NCBI GenBank assembly: GCA_965222225.1 | Contig: CBDCTK010000002.1 | Location: 3,072,001-3,136,000, forward strand | DNA: 64,000 nt | Origin: Candidatus Poribacteria bacterium | Lineage (GTDB): Bacteria; Poribacteria; WGA-4E; JAJDTR01 | Direction: 5' to 3' | Shown here: positions 10,074 through 19,647 of the stretch, piece by piece | Layout: each line of letters begins with the position of its first letter | How positions within the stretch are numbered: position 1 is the first letter of the stretch | Made by a program: the position numbers and the translations under genes | The notes under the pieces: generated by a model | Databases searched by the model: none | What the model was told of the DNA's origin: nothing | The model's input: the letters and a program-made list of their open reading frames with translations, nothing else

Positions 10074-11022
10074 AGCTACCTCCGTTCAATCGTAGAGCTT
10101 GTTGGGACTGGAGAGAGGTCACAGCGGCTTCGGCAACTTGGAGCGCGGTTCGGTTTTCCGTGCCGCTAGCCGCGGGTTCGCGCCCGTCCTCAACCGCGGA
10201 CACAAATTCCTCAAGCTGAGCGGCCAACGCGGCTGAACCTTGACCGGTGTCGATGGCGCTCGGATCTCCGCCTTGGAACACGAGGTTACGGTTGTGATGG
10301 TCGTCGGCATAGGCGGCGCCTGTCGATCCGATGAGGGACAGCGAGAGGTAGCCGTCGCCGTAGGGAAGTGTGCGAGCCTCGTCTATCAGAGCCATTCCGC
10401 CATCGGGAAAGCCGAGATGCACTTGGGCGTAACCCGGTCTTCCGACCGCATAGACCTCGGTGGGTAATCCATCGAACAGCCAGATGGCGAGGTCGATTCC
10501 GTTGACAGCCCCTCCCAGCACTATGTCGTCGGCACTATTCGGGCCTGAAGGCTGCGACCAGCGGTGCATACGCAGCAACCCTAGCTCTCCCAGCTTGCCC
10601 TCCGCCAAGGCCTTTTTCACCGCCTGCTGAGACGGCATGAAACGCAGGGAGCTGCTCGCCATGAGCCGCACGCCGGCAGACTGGCAGGCGTCAACGACCT
10701 TTTCGGCATCCTCCACCGACGGGGCGAGGGGCGAGGCGGTCAGGACATGCTTGCCCGCCTCCGCCGCTTGCAAGGCTAGGCTACTTCTGGCATGATTGGA
10801 TTCGGGGATTATCACGGCATCGAATGCTTCCGCGCCCCTCTCTAACAATTTCTCGAGCGAGTTTGCCATGACTGATGCGCCGAGCGAGTCAGCGGCGGCT
10901 TGGGCGCGATCAGGCTGCGGATCGACCACGGCAACAAACGCCACATTCGGCAAACGCGGCGCCACAGTAGCGTAGGTGGCGGCGATTTCTCCACCGCCAA
11001 TCAGGGCTAATCTGGTTGTCAA
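10060..11022 (-). CDS. Gfo/Idh/MocA-family oxidoreductase (degenerate EKP motif)
   Basis: LALIGGG Rossmann start, AGKHVLTASPL, GKLGELG; overlaps start of downstream gene. Confidence 0.8.
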   Translation of the reverse strand: MTTRLALIGGGEIAATYATVAPRLPNVAFVAVVDPQPDRAQAAADSLGASVMANSLEKLLERGAEAFDAVIIPESNHARSSLALQAAEAGKHVLTASPLAPSVEDAEKVVDACQSAGVRLMASSSLRFMPSQQAVKKALAEGKLGELGLLRMHRWSQPSGPNSADDIVLGGAVNGIDLAIWLFDGLPTEVYAVGRPGYAQVHLGFPDGGMALIDEARTLPYGDGYLSLSLIGSTGAAYADDHHNRNLVFQGGDPSAIDTGQGSAALAAQLEEFVSAVEDGREPAASGTENRTALQVAEAAVTSLQSQQALRLNGGSYELA

Positions 11023-11366
11023 AGGATTTGCACCTCCGTGTTAAGGTTTATGTTTTCCACAAGAAACCGATGTGATGGGTTTTCGGACGATTTGTATTGA
11101 TTCAGTTCTGAGATTTTGCTAGAATTCCGGCAGTAAATTTTTGTGGCACATAGTCGTGCGGCGGCGGTTCGCGCATTGAACCCATGTGCCGGCGGTTTCA
11201 GTTTCCAATTGGTAAGTTTGTGCAGGTCGAGATAAGGAGAAGATCGCTATACGAACGCCATCGTCCTCGTTATTTTCTCGGTCGACTCCCCTACAGTATA
11301 CCTGATCCGAATCTGAAAGTGATAGTTTAATTTGTAGGTCTTACGCAGTCTTGACCGGATTGAATA

Positions 11367-12351
11367 ATGCCTTCAGCCACGCTATATGCTATAAATCGCG
11401 AACAACGATTGGTTCACGCAAAATCTGCGCTGCGCGACGCACATTATTCTTGTCCACGCTGCGGGGACGACGTTATCTTGAGACGCGGTGAAATCAAGAT
11501 AGCGCATTTTGCACATAAAGCAGAATCTGCATGCACGTCCGAAACTATTGCCCACAAAACAGCAAAACTCCTTATCTTTCAGGTATTTTCAGATTGGAAA
11601 TTGGGTCAAGGACAGGAGCTAATCGTAGAGGTTGGATGCAATTTCTACGAATTCTGCGATAACACGGTTAAGTATCCCATCCGCGATAAGGTAACCGCGG
11701 CGCGTATTGAATATATCATCGGATCGCATAGAGCCGACGTTATGTTCACAAAGGGCGATGACCCCGTCCTGGCAATCGAAGTCAAGGTGTCTCATGCCGT
11801 AGACGATCACAAAGCTGAATCGCTGCCGATCTACTTCATAGAGGTAGATGCAGAAGACGTGATAAAGGATCCGCGTGTGCTCCGGAATAACCGGCATGAG
11901 CACAATCGGGAATATTTAGCGGATTTAGAGTCCCAACATAACTGGAAAGTCGAACATAGAATTTGCCCTCAATGCGAGAGCAAAATGCGCGAATTTGAAG
12001 ATGCAAAACACCAGATTGCCAGCGCTTGCGGTGTCACCTACGATAGCGAAAAATACAAAGCCGGGATAGATAGTTGCTATACCGGGATAGATAGTTGCTA
12101 TAAATGTAAGAAACCTATTCTCCGATTCAACTGGAGTGATGACGAAAGTTGGAGCACCAAACGTCCGCCTCAGCCTATCCCCCAGACAGTCCAATACAGG
12201 CATAGCCACACCGTAGGACATAAAGTATTGGGCTAACACTTGTCCTTATTGTGGTGCGATTCAAGGTGATTTTTACAGCTACGAGACAGCCTGGGACTTC
12301 ACACACGACTGGTGGTCCCGTATCGTCCACAAGGATTCCGTGAATTTATGA
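11367..12351 (+). pseudogene. CoiA-like zinc-finger/PD-(D/E)xK nuclease-domain protein with C-terminal frameshift
   Basis: YSCPRCG..RRGEIKIAHFAH, SETIAHKTAK, RADV..LAIEVKVSH; C-terminal YWANTCPYCGAIQGDF continues in another frame after ~12222 to TGA 12349-12351. Confidence 0.7.
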
Positions 12352-12459
12352 CAATCGTGGCAATGCAATATTGATGGACTAAGACTCTGTTTGAATGGTC
12401 AGTAGCAAAGCCATTCCTAGTCTTTTGAAGAGGTATTTTCATGTTCTTGTAGTTGCTTG

Positions 12460-12538
12460 CTATATACCTGTCGCCCCGCTGGGGCTAAAGTGCGTGGGGG
12501 TTCGCCGTTTCTATATACCTTCCGCCCCTCCGGGGCTT
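12460..12538. repeat. Tandem pair of CTATA(C/T)ACCT..CGCCCC...GGGGCT repeats
   Basis: Same doublet at 26995-27075 and 44150-44228; matches hairpins flanking tnpA. Confidence 0.8.
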
Positions 12539-12729
12539 ACAGAGACTAGTGTAGGGAGTTTATCTTGATTCACAGTCACGAAAGTAGATTCATACTCGCC
12601 AGTTGATTTTTCGCTTTTGCGAGGAAGGGAAGACCAACGACGGGAGGGGTAGCACAGGGTGTTTATTTAACCCAATAGGGATCTTCGCGAAGTCGTATTC
12701 AACACAAAGAGGAGGCTCTCGTAACGACC

Positions 12730-13515
12730 ATGGATACAAACCTGAGACAGAGCAGCACGGTAACCGAAGCCGAATGGCAGCAATTGGAGGAGGTCGGCTA
12801 TGTGCGGCTGGGCGTGGTAGCGTCGGAGACGCAGATTGACGCGCTTTGCGAGCGAATCAATCAGATCATGCTCGGGAACATTCGCTATGAAAGGATGCAG
12901 ATGCAACTCTGTCCCTCCGCATCGGATGATCGCGAGATGGTGGATTTCAGCCAAAATCACAAGGGCAGTTCGCTGAAGTACCGAAAAATCCAGGAGCTGG
13001 AGATGGACCCGTTGTTCCTCGACTATATCCAGAATCCGCTTTTCAGGGACATCACGCAAAAGAAAATCGGGGATAGGGTTAGCGTCTTCCGGGCAATGTT
13101 CTTCAATAAACCTGCCGAAGGCGGCATATCGAAGAATTGGCACCAGGATTCGGGGTGGGACCTCAGCATTCCCGAAGAGATCACGGTTTACACGGCACTC
13201 GATCCGCAAACCCGAGAAAACGGTTGCTTGATGGTCATCCCCCATTCGCACAAGGAGTGCCCATTCGAGTCGGTCAACACGGACGAGAAGATACGGAAGT
13301 ACGCGCCACCGGAAAGGCGGGCTTTCATGGAGATGGAGAAGGGCGAGGTCGTCCTTTTCAAAAACAAACTGCTGCACTCCTCACTAGTGAATACCACAAA
13401 TCGTCCGCGCCGTGCCTTCAGCGTTGCGTTTGTTCATGCGGACACGGTCAACATGACTTCGGGCAGACGTTTTCCTCAGGTGATGCCGGAGTACCGCCCG
13501 GCAGCAAAGGCATAA
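12730..13515 (+). CDS. Phytanoyl-CoA dioxygenase (PhyH) family Fe(II)/2OG enzyme
   Basis: MFFNKP..WHQD, ENGCLMVIPHSH, LLHSS..N..RRA; RBS GGAGG. Confidence 0.9.
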   Translation: MDTNLRQSSTVTEAEWQQLEEVGYVRLGVVASETQIDALCERINQIMLGNIRYERMQMQLCPSASDDREMVDFSQNHKGSSLKYRKIQELEMDPLFLDYIQNPLFRDITQKKIGDRVSVFRAMFFNKPAEGGISKNWHQDSGWDLSIPEEITVYTALDPQTRENGCLMVIPHSHKECPFESVNTDEKIRKYAPPERRAFMEMEKGEVVLFKNKLLHSSLVNTTNRPRRAFSVAFVHADTVNMTSGRRFPQVMPEYRPAAKA

Positions 13516-13607
13516 TTTCAATGATAATCTCAAACAGTTCGTCAAAAATTCTTTCTCTCGCCAATCGGCTGTGGTCAAGATGGTTCTTGCCCGTTAGTTG
13601 CGCCGTG

Positions 13608-15026
13608 ATGGACATTGGAGGGGGCAGCGCTGTCTTTCGCGGCGACCCTCAACAGATTGGCAATACGACGCAGTTGTTCGTTGATGACCTCCTGATTCAT
13701 CGCAGGGAGGGAGTTACTCGCCGCGTCCAACAGGCAACCAAGATGGATAAACCTGTGTTGGCGCCCGAGCATCCGTGGGAGTTTGCGTATCATCCGGGGG
13801 AAGATGGGGTCGGTAGACACATCTACATCTATGGCACCGTGTTTTTCGACCCGCTCCAGAACCGGTACCGCATGTGGTACATGAGTCGCATGAGCGGCGG
13901 GCACGATTACGCTATCCCGGAATTGGAAATCCCGGGCGGTAATATCCACTGCGACTTGACACTATACGCAACGAGCAAGGACGGCATCCACTGGGAGCGG
14001 CCCAGTTTGGGGCTGTGCCACCTCAATCGCCTATCGGGAGGCGGGGAGAGCATCGTTGGCGACACTCAGAACAACATCATGCTCGACCTTCACGGCGCCA
14101 GCGTATTTCTTGACGAGGAGGATCCCGACCCGCAACCCGTAGTAGATCGGCGTAACGAAGGGAGTTTCAACGCTTGTTACGTTTCCGGGCTTGGTTATTA
14201 CGTGGCAGGGAGTCTCAATCGGTCAAACGATCCGCGCTACGAGTACATTAGTCACGAGGGGCAACGCGCCCGGAAACGGGTTGTCACGGCACTCATCAGT
14301 GACGGACGAGATCTGGAGCGTTGGGAGGAGACGATGGTCATCTACCCCGACGAACAGGACCCGCCCAGCACGCAGTTTTACGGGATGACGCCGTTTACCT
14401 ACGGCGATAGTGGGATTATCTTCGGGTTTCTCCACGTGTTCGATTACATAGGTCCCGGGCCCACCAATGACGATGGTCCCATCGACGCGCAGTTGGTGTA
14501 CAGCCGCGATGGCAGGTCGTGGCACCGAATGGAAGATCGAAGCCCGGTTATCCCGTTGGGTCCCAAGGGCGCTTTTGATGGCGGGATGATAATCATGACG
14601 GCGGTCGGCACATCCATGCACGATGACGAACTGGTCGCGTACTATACCGGAAGAAACATGGGGCACGGAGGGCCGAATAAGGATAGTTACTTCACCATCG
14701 CGAGAGCGAGTTGGCGGCGCGATCGGCTGGTGGCTCTGCAAGCGGACGCCGAGCGAGGCGTGGTGGAAACCGTGCCGCTGCAGGCATTAGGAAGCGGATT
14801 GGAAATCAACGCCGATGCAAAGGGTGGGGGGATCGCAGTGCAGGTGCTCGACGCGGAAGGGAACGTGCAACCGGGGTATTCAAGCGAGGCGTGCGATGCT
14901 ATCGACGATAACAACCTCGCGCATCAGGTTCGCTGGGAGGGCAGAGATTTGTCGGGTATCCGGCGTCCTTTCCGGTTGAGGTTCCTGATGCACAACGCGA
15001 AGTTGTATGCGTTCAGAATCAAGTAA
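13608..15026 (+). CDS. Beta-propeller glycoside hydrolase-like protein (start uncertain; probable internal deletion)
   Basis: QLFVDD, YRMWY, YATSKDGIHWERP, YSRDGRSW, C-terminal RLRFLMHNAKLYAFR; ORF-track start at 13137 overlaps the PhyH gene. Confidence 0.7.
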   Translation: MDIGGGSAVFRGDPQQIGNTTQLFVDDLLIHRREGVTRRVQQATKMDKPVLAPEHPWEFAYHPGEDGVGRHIYIYGTVFFDPLQNRYRMWYMSRMSGGHDYAIPELEIPGGNIHCDLTLYATSKDGIHWERPSLGLCHLNRLSGGGESIVGDTQNNIMLDLHGASVFLDEEDPDPQPVVDRRNEGSFNACYVSGLGYYVAGSLNRSNDPRYEYISHEGQRARKRVVTALISDGRDLERWEETMVIYPDEQDPPSTQFYGMTPFTYGDSGIIFGFLHVFDYIGPGPTNDDGPIDAQLVYSRDGRSWHRMEDRSPVIPLGPKGAFDGGMIIMTAVGTSMHDDELVAYYTGRNMGHGGPNKDSYFTIARASWRRDRLVALQADAERGVVETVPLQALGSGLEINADAKGGGIAVQVLDAEGNVQPGYSSEACDAIDDNNLAHQVRWEGRDLSGIRRPFRLRFLMHNAKLYAFRIK

Positions 15027-15150
15027 CGCATCAAGTATGCAGTCTGGATTTGTCAATCCAGAACGAGCAGGTGGGGAGCGTGCCGAATCGCGAGTAAAAC
15101 TCGCTCCTACAGACAGAAGACGTGCAGTAGATAATGGATTGCTGGTGCTG

Positions 15151-16746
15151 ATGATGAATACTGAAGGATTGCTAAGCGAAACGCTTTACAACGGGATTGA
15201 ATTGCCCGTGGGATGGCCCCCAAACTACGGTGAGCCAACCGGCGAACCGATGCCGGTTCCCTATCTGGAGAACCCGCCGGATGTCATTTCGATTGACCTC
15301 GGTCGGCAACTGTTCGTGGACGATTTCCTGATTGAGGACACGACTTTGAATCGGACGTTCCATTCGGCGAGGATGTACCCCGGCAATCCGGTACTCAACG
15401 TTCCCACCTACAGCGGCGGTATCTGGTACGATTCGTACGAAGGCGTTTTCAAGAATTGGCACAATCTCGGACGCGACGGGATAGGCTATGCCACGTCCCA
15501 AGACGGCATTCACTGGGAGAAACCGGCGCTTGATGTCGTGGAGGGCACCAATATAGTTCTGGAACACACCGATCCGTGGGCGCCGAGCCAACGCTATAAC
15601 TGCGACACAACCAGCGTTTGGATTGATTACGAAGAGACCGACCCGGACAGGCGTTACAAAGCCTTCCTAACCTATCTGTGGCCCAACAACATCAACGATT
15701 TCTTTTTCTCTCTGCGTAATTCGGATGACGGCATCCACTGGAGCGAGCCGGCGGTCACCTCATGGCGCCACGTCGGCGACCATACGAATGCCCACTACAA
15801 TCCGTTTCGGAAGATGTGGGTGGCGAACATCAGATACCATTGGGGGAGCGACGGGCGTTGCCGAGCGTACCTCGAAAACCGAGATCCGGAGAAGCTGACG
15901 TGGGCGTCAAGCGAGGCGAGAGAAGGGGGAATTGTGCCGTGGTTGGCGGCTGACCGCCTGGATCCGCACCACCCCAAGTCGGAGTTTAGCGGAATCCGAC
16001 CTCAACTCTATCATTTCGACGCCATCGCCTACGAGAGCCTTATGTTGGGATTCTTCAGCGTGCATCAGGGACCGCCCAACGAGGAATGCCACAGATTGCG
16101 TATCCCAAAACGGAACGAAGTCCTACCCGGGTATAGCCGCGACGGTTTCCATTTTCACCGACCGAATCGGACGCCGCTGTTCGGAGCGAATGAGGAACGG
16201 GGCGCCTGGAATTGGGGAAATGTGCAGTCTGTCGGGGGCGGCTGCCTCGTCGTCGGGGACGAACTCTACCTGTACTGTAACGGGATAAGCCGGGTCGAGG
16301 ACGGCGAAAAAAGCGGACGCACCACGGGGTTGGGGGTTCTGCGGCGTGACGGCTTCGCTTCCATGGGGTCGTTCCGGGATGAAGAGAGTCTGACCACTCG
16401 ACCGGTGCGGTTCAGCGGCAAATACCTATTCGTTAACGCGGACTGCGATCAGGGCGAGTTGCGGGTCGAGGTGCTTGACAAGAATGGAAACGTCATCGCG
16501 CCCTTTACGAGAGAAAACTGTGAGCCGATTCGGGGCGACGAAACGTTGCGGCGGGTGAATTGGAAAGGCGTACCAGATATCGGCAGATTGGCTGGAGAGC
16601 CGGTGAGGTTCAGGTTTTATCTCAGATTGGGTGAATTGTACGCGTTTTGGGTAAGCCCGGATGAATCGGGCGCCAGCCACGGGTATATCGGGGCGGGTGG
16701 ACCTGGTTATACGGGTTTTGTGGATACGGTTGGATCAACCGGCTGA
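15151..16746 (+). CDS. Beta-propeller glycoside hydrolase-like protein
   Basis: GRQLFVDDFLI, YATSQDGIHWEKP, SDDGIHW, LRRDGFAS, RFRFYLRLGELYAFW. Confidence 0.78.
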   Translation: MMNTEGLLSETLYNGIELPVGWPPNYGEPTGEPMPVPYLENPPDVISIDLGRQLFVDDFLIEDTTLNRTFHSARMYPGNPVLNVPTYSGGIWYDSYEGVFKNWHNLGRDGIGYATSQDGIHWEKPALDVVEGTNIVLEHTDPWAPSQRYNCDTTSVWIDYEETDPDRRYKAFLTYLWPNNINDFFFSLRNSDDGIHWSEPAVTSWRHVGDHTNAHYNPFRKMWVANIRYHWGSDGRCRAYLENRDPEKLTWASSEAREGGIVPWLAADRLDPHHPKSEFSGIRPQLYHFDAIAYESLMLGFFSVHQGPPNEECHRLRIPKRNEVLPGYSRDGFHFHRPNRTPLFGANEERGAWNWGNVQSVGGGCLVVGDELYLYCNGISRVEDGEKSGRTTGLGVLRRDGFASMGSFRDEESLTTRPVRFSGKYLFVNADCDQGELRVEVLDKNGNVIAPFTRENCEPIRGDETLRRVNWKGVPDIGRLAGEPVRFRFYLRLGELYAFWVSPDESGASHGYIGAGGPGYTGFVDTVGSTG

Positions 16747-16751
16747 ATCCT

Positions 16752-16775
16752 GTAGGAGCGATCTCCAGGTCGCGA
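16752..16775 (+). repeat. GTAG-type REP upstream of RAYT
   Basis: GTAGGAGCGATCTCCAGGTCGCGA; inverted copy at 17515-17538; further copies near 24122, 25570, 37501. Confidence 0.85.
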
Positions 16776-16876
16776 TTCTTTCGTTTTCCTGACCATTTGG
16801 CAAGCGTGTGGCGAACTGGAAAGGATTCAATCTGCTATTAAACAATCGAATATGGATCCTACTAACAATAAAAACT

Positions 16877-17350
16877 ATGCAAGACATTCCAAACCGAGGA
16901 TACCGTCAATTGCGGAAAGGTAGACGCTCCATACCGGACACCTACTACTCCCTTACGCTTACCACAATTGACAGAAAACCGCTTCTTGCAAACGCGGAGG
17001 TTGCAGACGTTATATTCGAAGCCTTTGATTAGCTCGAAACCAATAAATGGTGCAGATGGTTTTGTCTCGTCGTAATGCCAGATCATATCCATTCCGTCAT
17101 TCAACTGGCGGGTAACAAGACCCTTTCGAGACTCATTCAATCCTTCAAAAGTTTCACAGCGAGACGGATTAACACCCACTTGGGACGCAGCGGTTCGCTC
17201 TGGCAAGCGGCTTATCATGACCACGGCATTCGGCACGACGAGTCATTGAATGCGATTATTCGATACTGTTACGAGAATCCTGTGAGGAGCGGATTGGTGA
17301 AGGAGGCGAGGGATTATCCGTATTGGCGGTCTAAATTCGAGATGGGGTGA
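16877..17350 (+). pseudogene. REP-associated tyrosine transposase (RAYT) with in-frame TAG at 17030-17032
   Basis: RQLRKGRRS..YYSLTLTT, VVMPDHIH, SFKSFTAR, WQAAYHDHGIR, YCYENPVRSGLV..YPYW; both ORF pieces are in the same frame. Confidence 0.88.
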
Positions 17351-17400
17351 GGAGGGTACAATGCCCTCTGAGCGCAATCTCCCGCCGGCTCCTTTTTCCA

Positions 17401-17538
17401 TAGGAGCGATGAAGCGAGCGGGAATTTCTATCGCCCTCGTTGTTCACTCGGTTGATCGATAGAGATCCTCTCAAGGTCGCGATTCTTTCGTTTTCCGTCG
17501 TTTTGGCCAAGGAGTCGCGACCTAGAGATCGCTCCTAC
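17401..17538. repeat. REP doublet downstream of RAYT; first REP split by nested mini-elements
   Basis: TAGGAGCGA|insert 17410-17468|TCTCAAGGTCGCGA, then TCGCGACCTAGAGATCGCTCCTAC. Confidence 0.8.
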
Positions 17539-17589
17539 AGTAGCGTATCGTGTAATCCAGCTTTTTGACTGGAACATGCAACCGCATAG

Positions 17590-18378
17590 ATGGAAACAAT
17601 GACTATGGCGTTGATAGATGAACAAAAGCGGGAATTTGACGAGAACGGTTATGTTATCGTTCGCAACCTCCTCACGCGCGAGGAAGTGCAGGCGGTCGGG
17701 GGTCGCGCCGATCAGATTGCCGTGGGCGAAATCGCGCAGCCGGTGTCTGCCGTCCAAGTTGAACCGGCAATTAAACGCAAAGAAGAGACGGCAAAATCGA
17801 AAATCGACTCTATCCGCAAGCTGAGTAGCGTGGTTCGCACAGATCCGATTATGCTCGCGCACGCGACGAATGCCAAAATTTTGGACATCTTGGAAGGCTT
17901 AATCGGTCCCGATATCAAACTATTCGACGATCAGCTATTCATGAAATCGTCCGCGCACGGATCGCGCAAGAATTATCACCAGGATTCCAATTCGAGCGTG
18001 ATGTCGCAGTATGTACCCCATAGCCTCGTGAGTTGCTGGGCGGCATTGGATGACGCGACAGTAGAAAACGGTTGTCTGTGGTTTATTCCGGGGAGTCACA
18101 AATGGGGACGCATCGCCGTTGAACGTGAGCGGGAGATTGAAAGGTGGGCGCTTGCCGGTGCGTTGGAAAACGAGGTGCCTATTGAACTGAAAGCCGGCGA
18201 TTGTAGCTTTCATCATAGCCTTTTGTTGCACTGCAGTCAAGCCAATCGTTCGACGACCCGGCGTCGGGGGTATGCCACGCAGTACATGAGTTCGAAAACG
18301 AAGTATACGGGTGAAGGCACTCCGTTTAGGTGCAATTTCCTCTTGCTGCGCGGCGAAGAATTTCCGGGATGTGTATAG
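17590..18378 (+). CDS. PhyH-family dioxygenase
   Basis: QLFMK..YHQD, ENGCLWFIPGSH, HHSLLLH. Confidence 0.9.
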   Translation: METMTMALIDEQKREFDENGYVIVRNLLTREEVQAVGGRADQIAVGEIAQPVSAVQVEPAIKRKEETAKSKIDSIRKLSSVVRTDPIMLAHATNAKILDILEGLIGPDIKLFDDQLFMKSSAHGSRKNYHQDSNSSVMSQYVPHSLVSCWAALDDATVENGCLWFIPGSHKWGRIAVEREREIERWALAGALENEVPIELKAGDCSFHHSLLLHCSQANRSTTRRRGYATQYMSSKTKYTGEGTPFRCNFLLLRGEEFPGCV

Positions 18379-18410
18379 GCGGATCGAACGGTTCGCGGGT
18401 CGGGCTAGAA

Positions 18411-18650
18411 GGGATTTCTATCGCGGTCACTATCCATTCCCTTGATCGCACGGGATTTTCTATCGCCTTCGTTAATCACTCAGTTGATCGTTATTCACTC
18501 GTTTGATTGTTCGCTTGATTTCACTCTGGGGCTTTGGTGCTTAGGGCATCGGTGCTACTATACACCTGTCGCCCTTATAGGGCTTTCAAAGGCTGGTAAG
18601 AGCTCTATCGCGCTCCCTATCCGGTCACTTGATCGCAGTGCGCACCCTAC
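18411..18650. repeat. Nested 36-nt mini-elements plus REP composite
   Basis: Inner copy 18452-18487 sits within outer copy TCGC-AC|TC-GT-TATTC-AC-TC-GT-TTGA; another copy lies inside CAAAGGCTGGT..GCAGTGCGCACCCTAC. Confidence 0.85.
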
Positions 18651-18681
18651 AACTGATACATGAAACCAAAAAAAGGAGACA

Positions 18682-19458
18682 ATGATTATGGCATTGACAG
18701 ATGAACAAAAGCAGGAATTTGACGAGAACGGTTATATTATCGTTCGCAACCTACTGACCGACGAAGAGGTACGCGCGGTCGGGGGTCGAGCCGATCAGAT
18801 TTCCGTAGGGGAAGTTGTCCCGGAGGAGGGGTTTGGCATCCAAGTTGAACCGGCAATTCAGCGCAAGGAAGAGGTTGCAGAATCGAGACTTGAATCTATC
18901 CGCAAACTCGGCGGGTTGGTCCGCAAAGATCCGGTCATGCACGCGCACGCTACTAACCCGAAGATTTTGGATGTCTTGCAAGACCTAATTGGTCCCGATA
19001 TCAAGCTGTTCGGCGATCAACTGTTTATGAAATCGTCCGCGCACGGATCGCGCAAGAACTATCACCAGGATTCCAATTCGTGGAGACCGTATGTTCCGTA
19101 TAGTCTCGTGAGTTGCTGGGCGGCACTGGACGACGCTACGGTAGAAAATGGTTGTCTGTGGTTTATTCCCGGGAGCCACAAATGGGGGCTGCTCGACGTT
19201 GAACGTGAGCGAGAGATTGAGAAGAAGGCGCTTGCGGGACCGCTGGAAAATGAGGTGCCGATTGAACTGAAAGCCGGCGATTGCAGTTTTCATCACAGCC
19301 TTACGTTGCACTGCAGCCATACAAATCGATCGAAGACCCGGCGTCGCGGGTATGCCACGCACTACATGAGCGCGAAAACGAAGTATACGGGTGAAGGTAC
19401 TCCGTCCAAGTCCAATCATCTGTTGCTGCGCGGTCAGGAATTTCCGGGGTATGTTTAG
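18682..19458 (+). CDS. PhyH-family dioxygenase (tandem paralog)
   Basis: Highly similar to 17590-18378; YHQD and distal His conserved. Confidence 0.9.
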   Translation: MIMALTDEQKQEFDENGYIIVRNLLTDEEVRAVGGRADQISVGEVVPEEGFGIQVEPAIQRKEEVAESRLESIRKLGGLVRKDPVMHAHATNPKILDVLQDLIGPDIKLFGDQLFMKSSAHGSRKNYHQDSNSWRPYVPYSLVSCWAALDDATVENGCLWFIPGSHKWGLLDVEREREIEKKALAGPLENEVPIELKAGDCSFHHSLTLHCSHTNRSKTRRRGYATHYMSAKTKYTGEGTPSKSNHLLLRGQEFPGYV

Positions 19459-19647
19459 AGTCAGGTTGAATAAGGGTGGCAAAGCCGTTTTTGGTCCTTT
19501 GAGTTGCTACATATCTTGAAGATTCTTCTGCGATTTGATGATTGCTGATTGTGCACCATAAGGAGAGGTGGGCGGTGCCCACCCTACAAAGTAAATTGAG
19601 ATCTTGAGGCGCACTTTTTACAAACTGACGTAACGAAAGGCATTCGT

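Noticed and set aside
13137-13607. N-terminal extension of the 629-aa ORF
   Set aside because: Mostly overlaps the PhyH gene in another frame; family similarity starts near QLFVDD.
17030-17032. Programmed stop-codon recoding in RAYT
   Set aside because: TAG is used as a normal stop in other genes here; a point mutation is the simpler explanation.
18442-18663. Small ORFs with IALPIRSLDR-like peptides (also 629-835, 8776-9141, 28376-28618, 37383-37670)
   Set aside because: These are translations of the 36-nt element and REPs, with no evidence of being genes.
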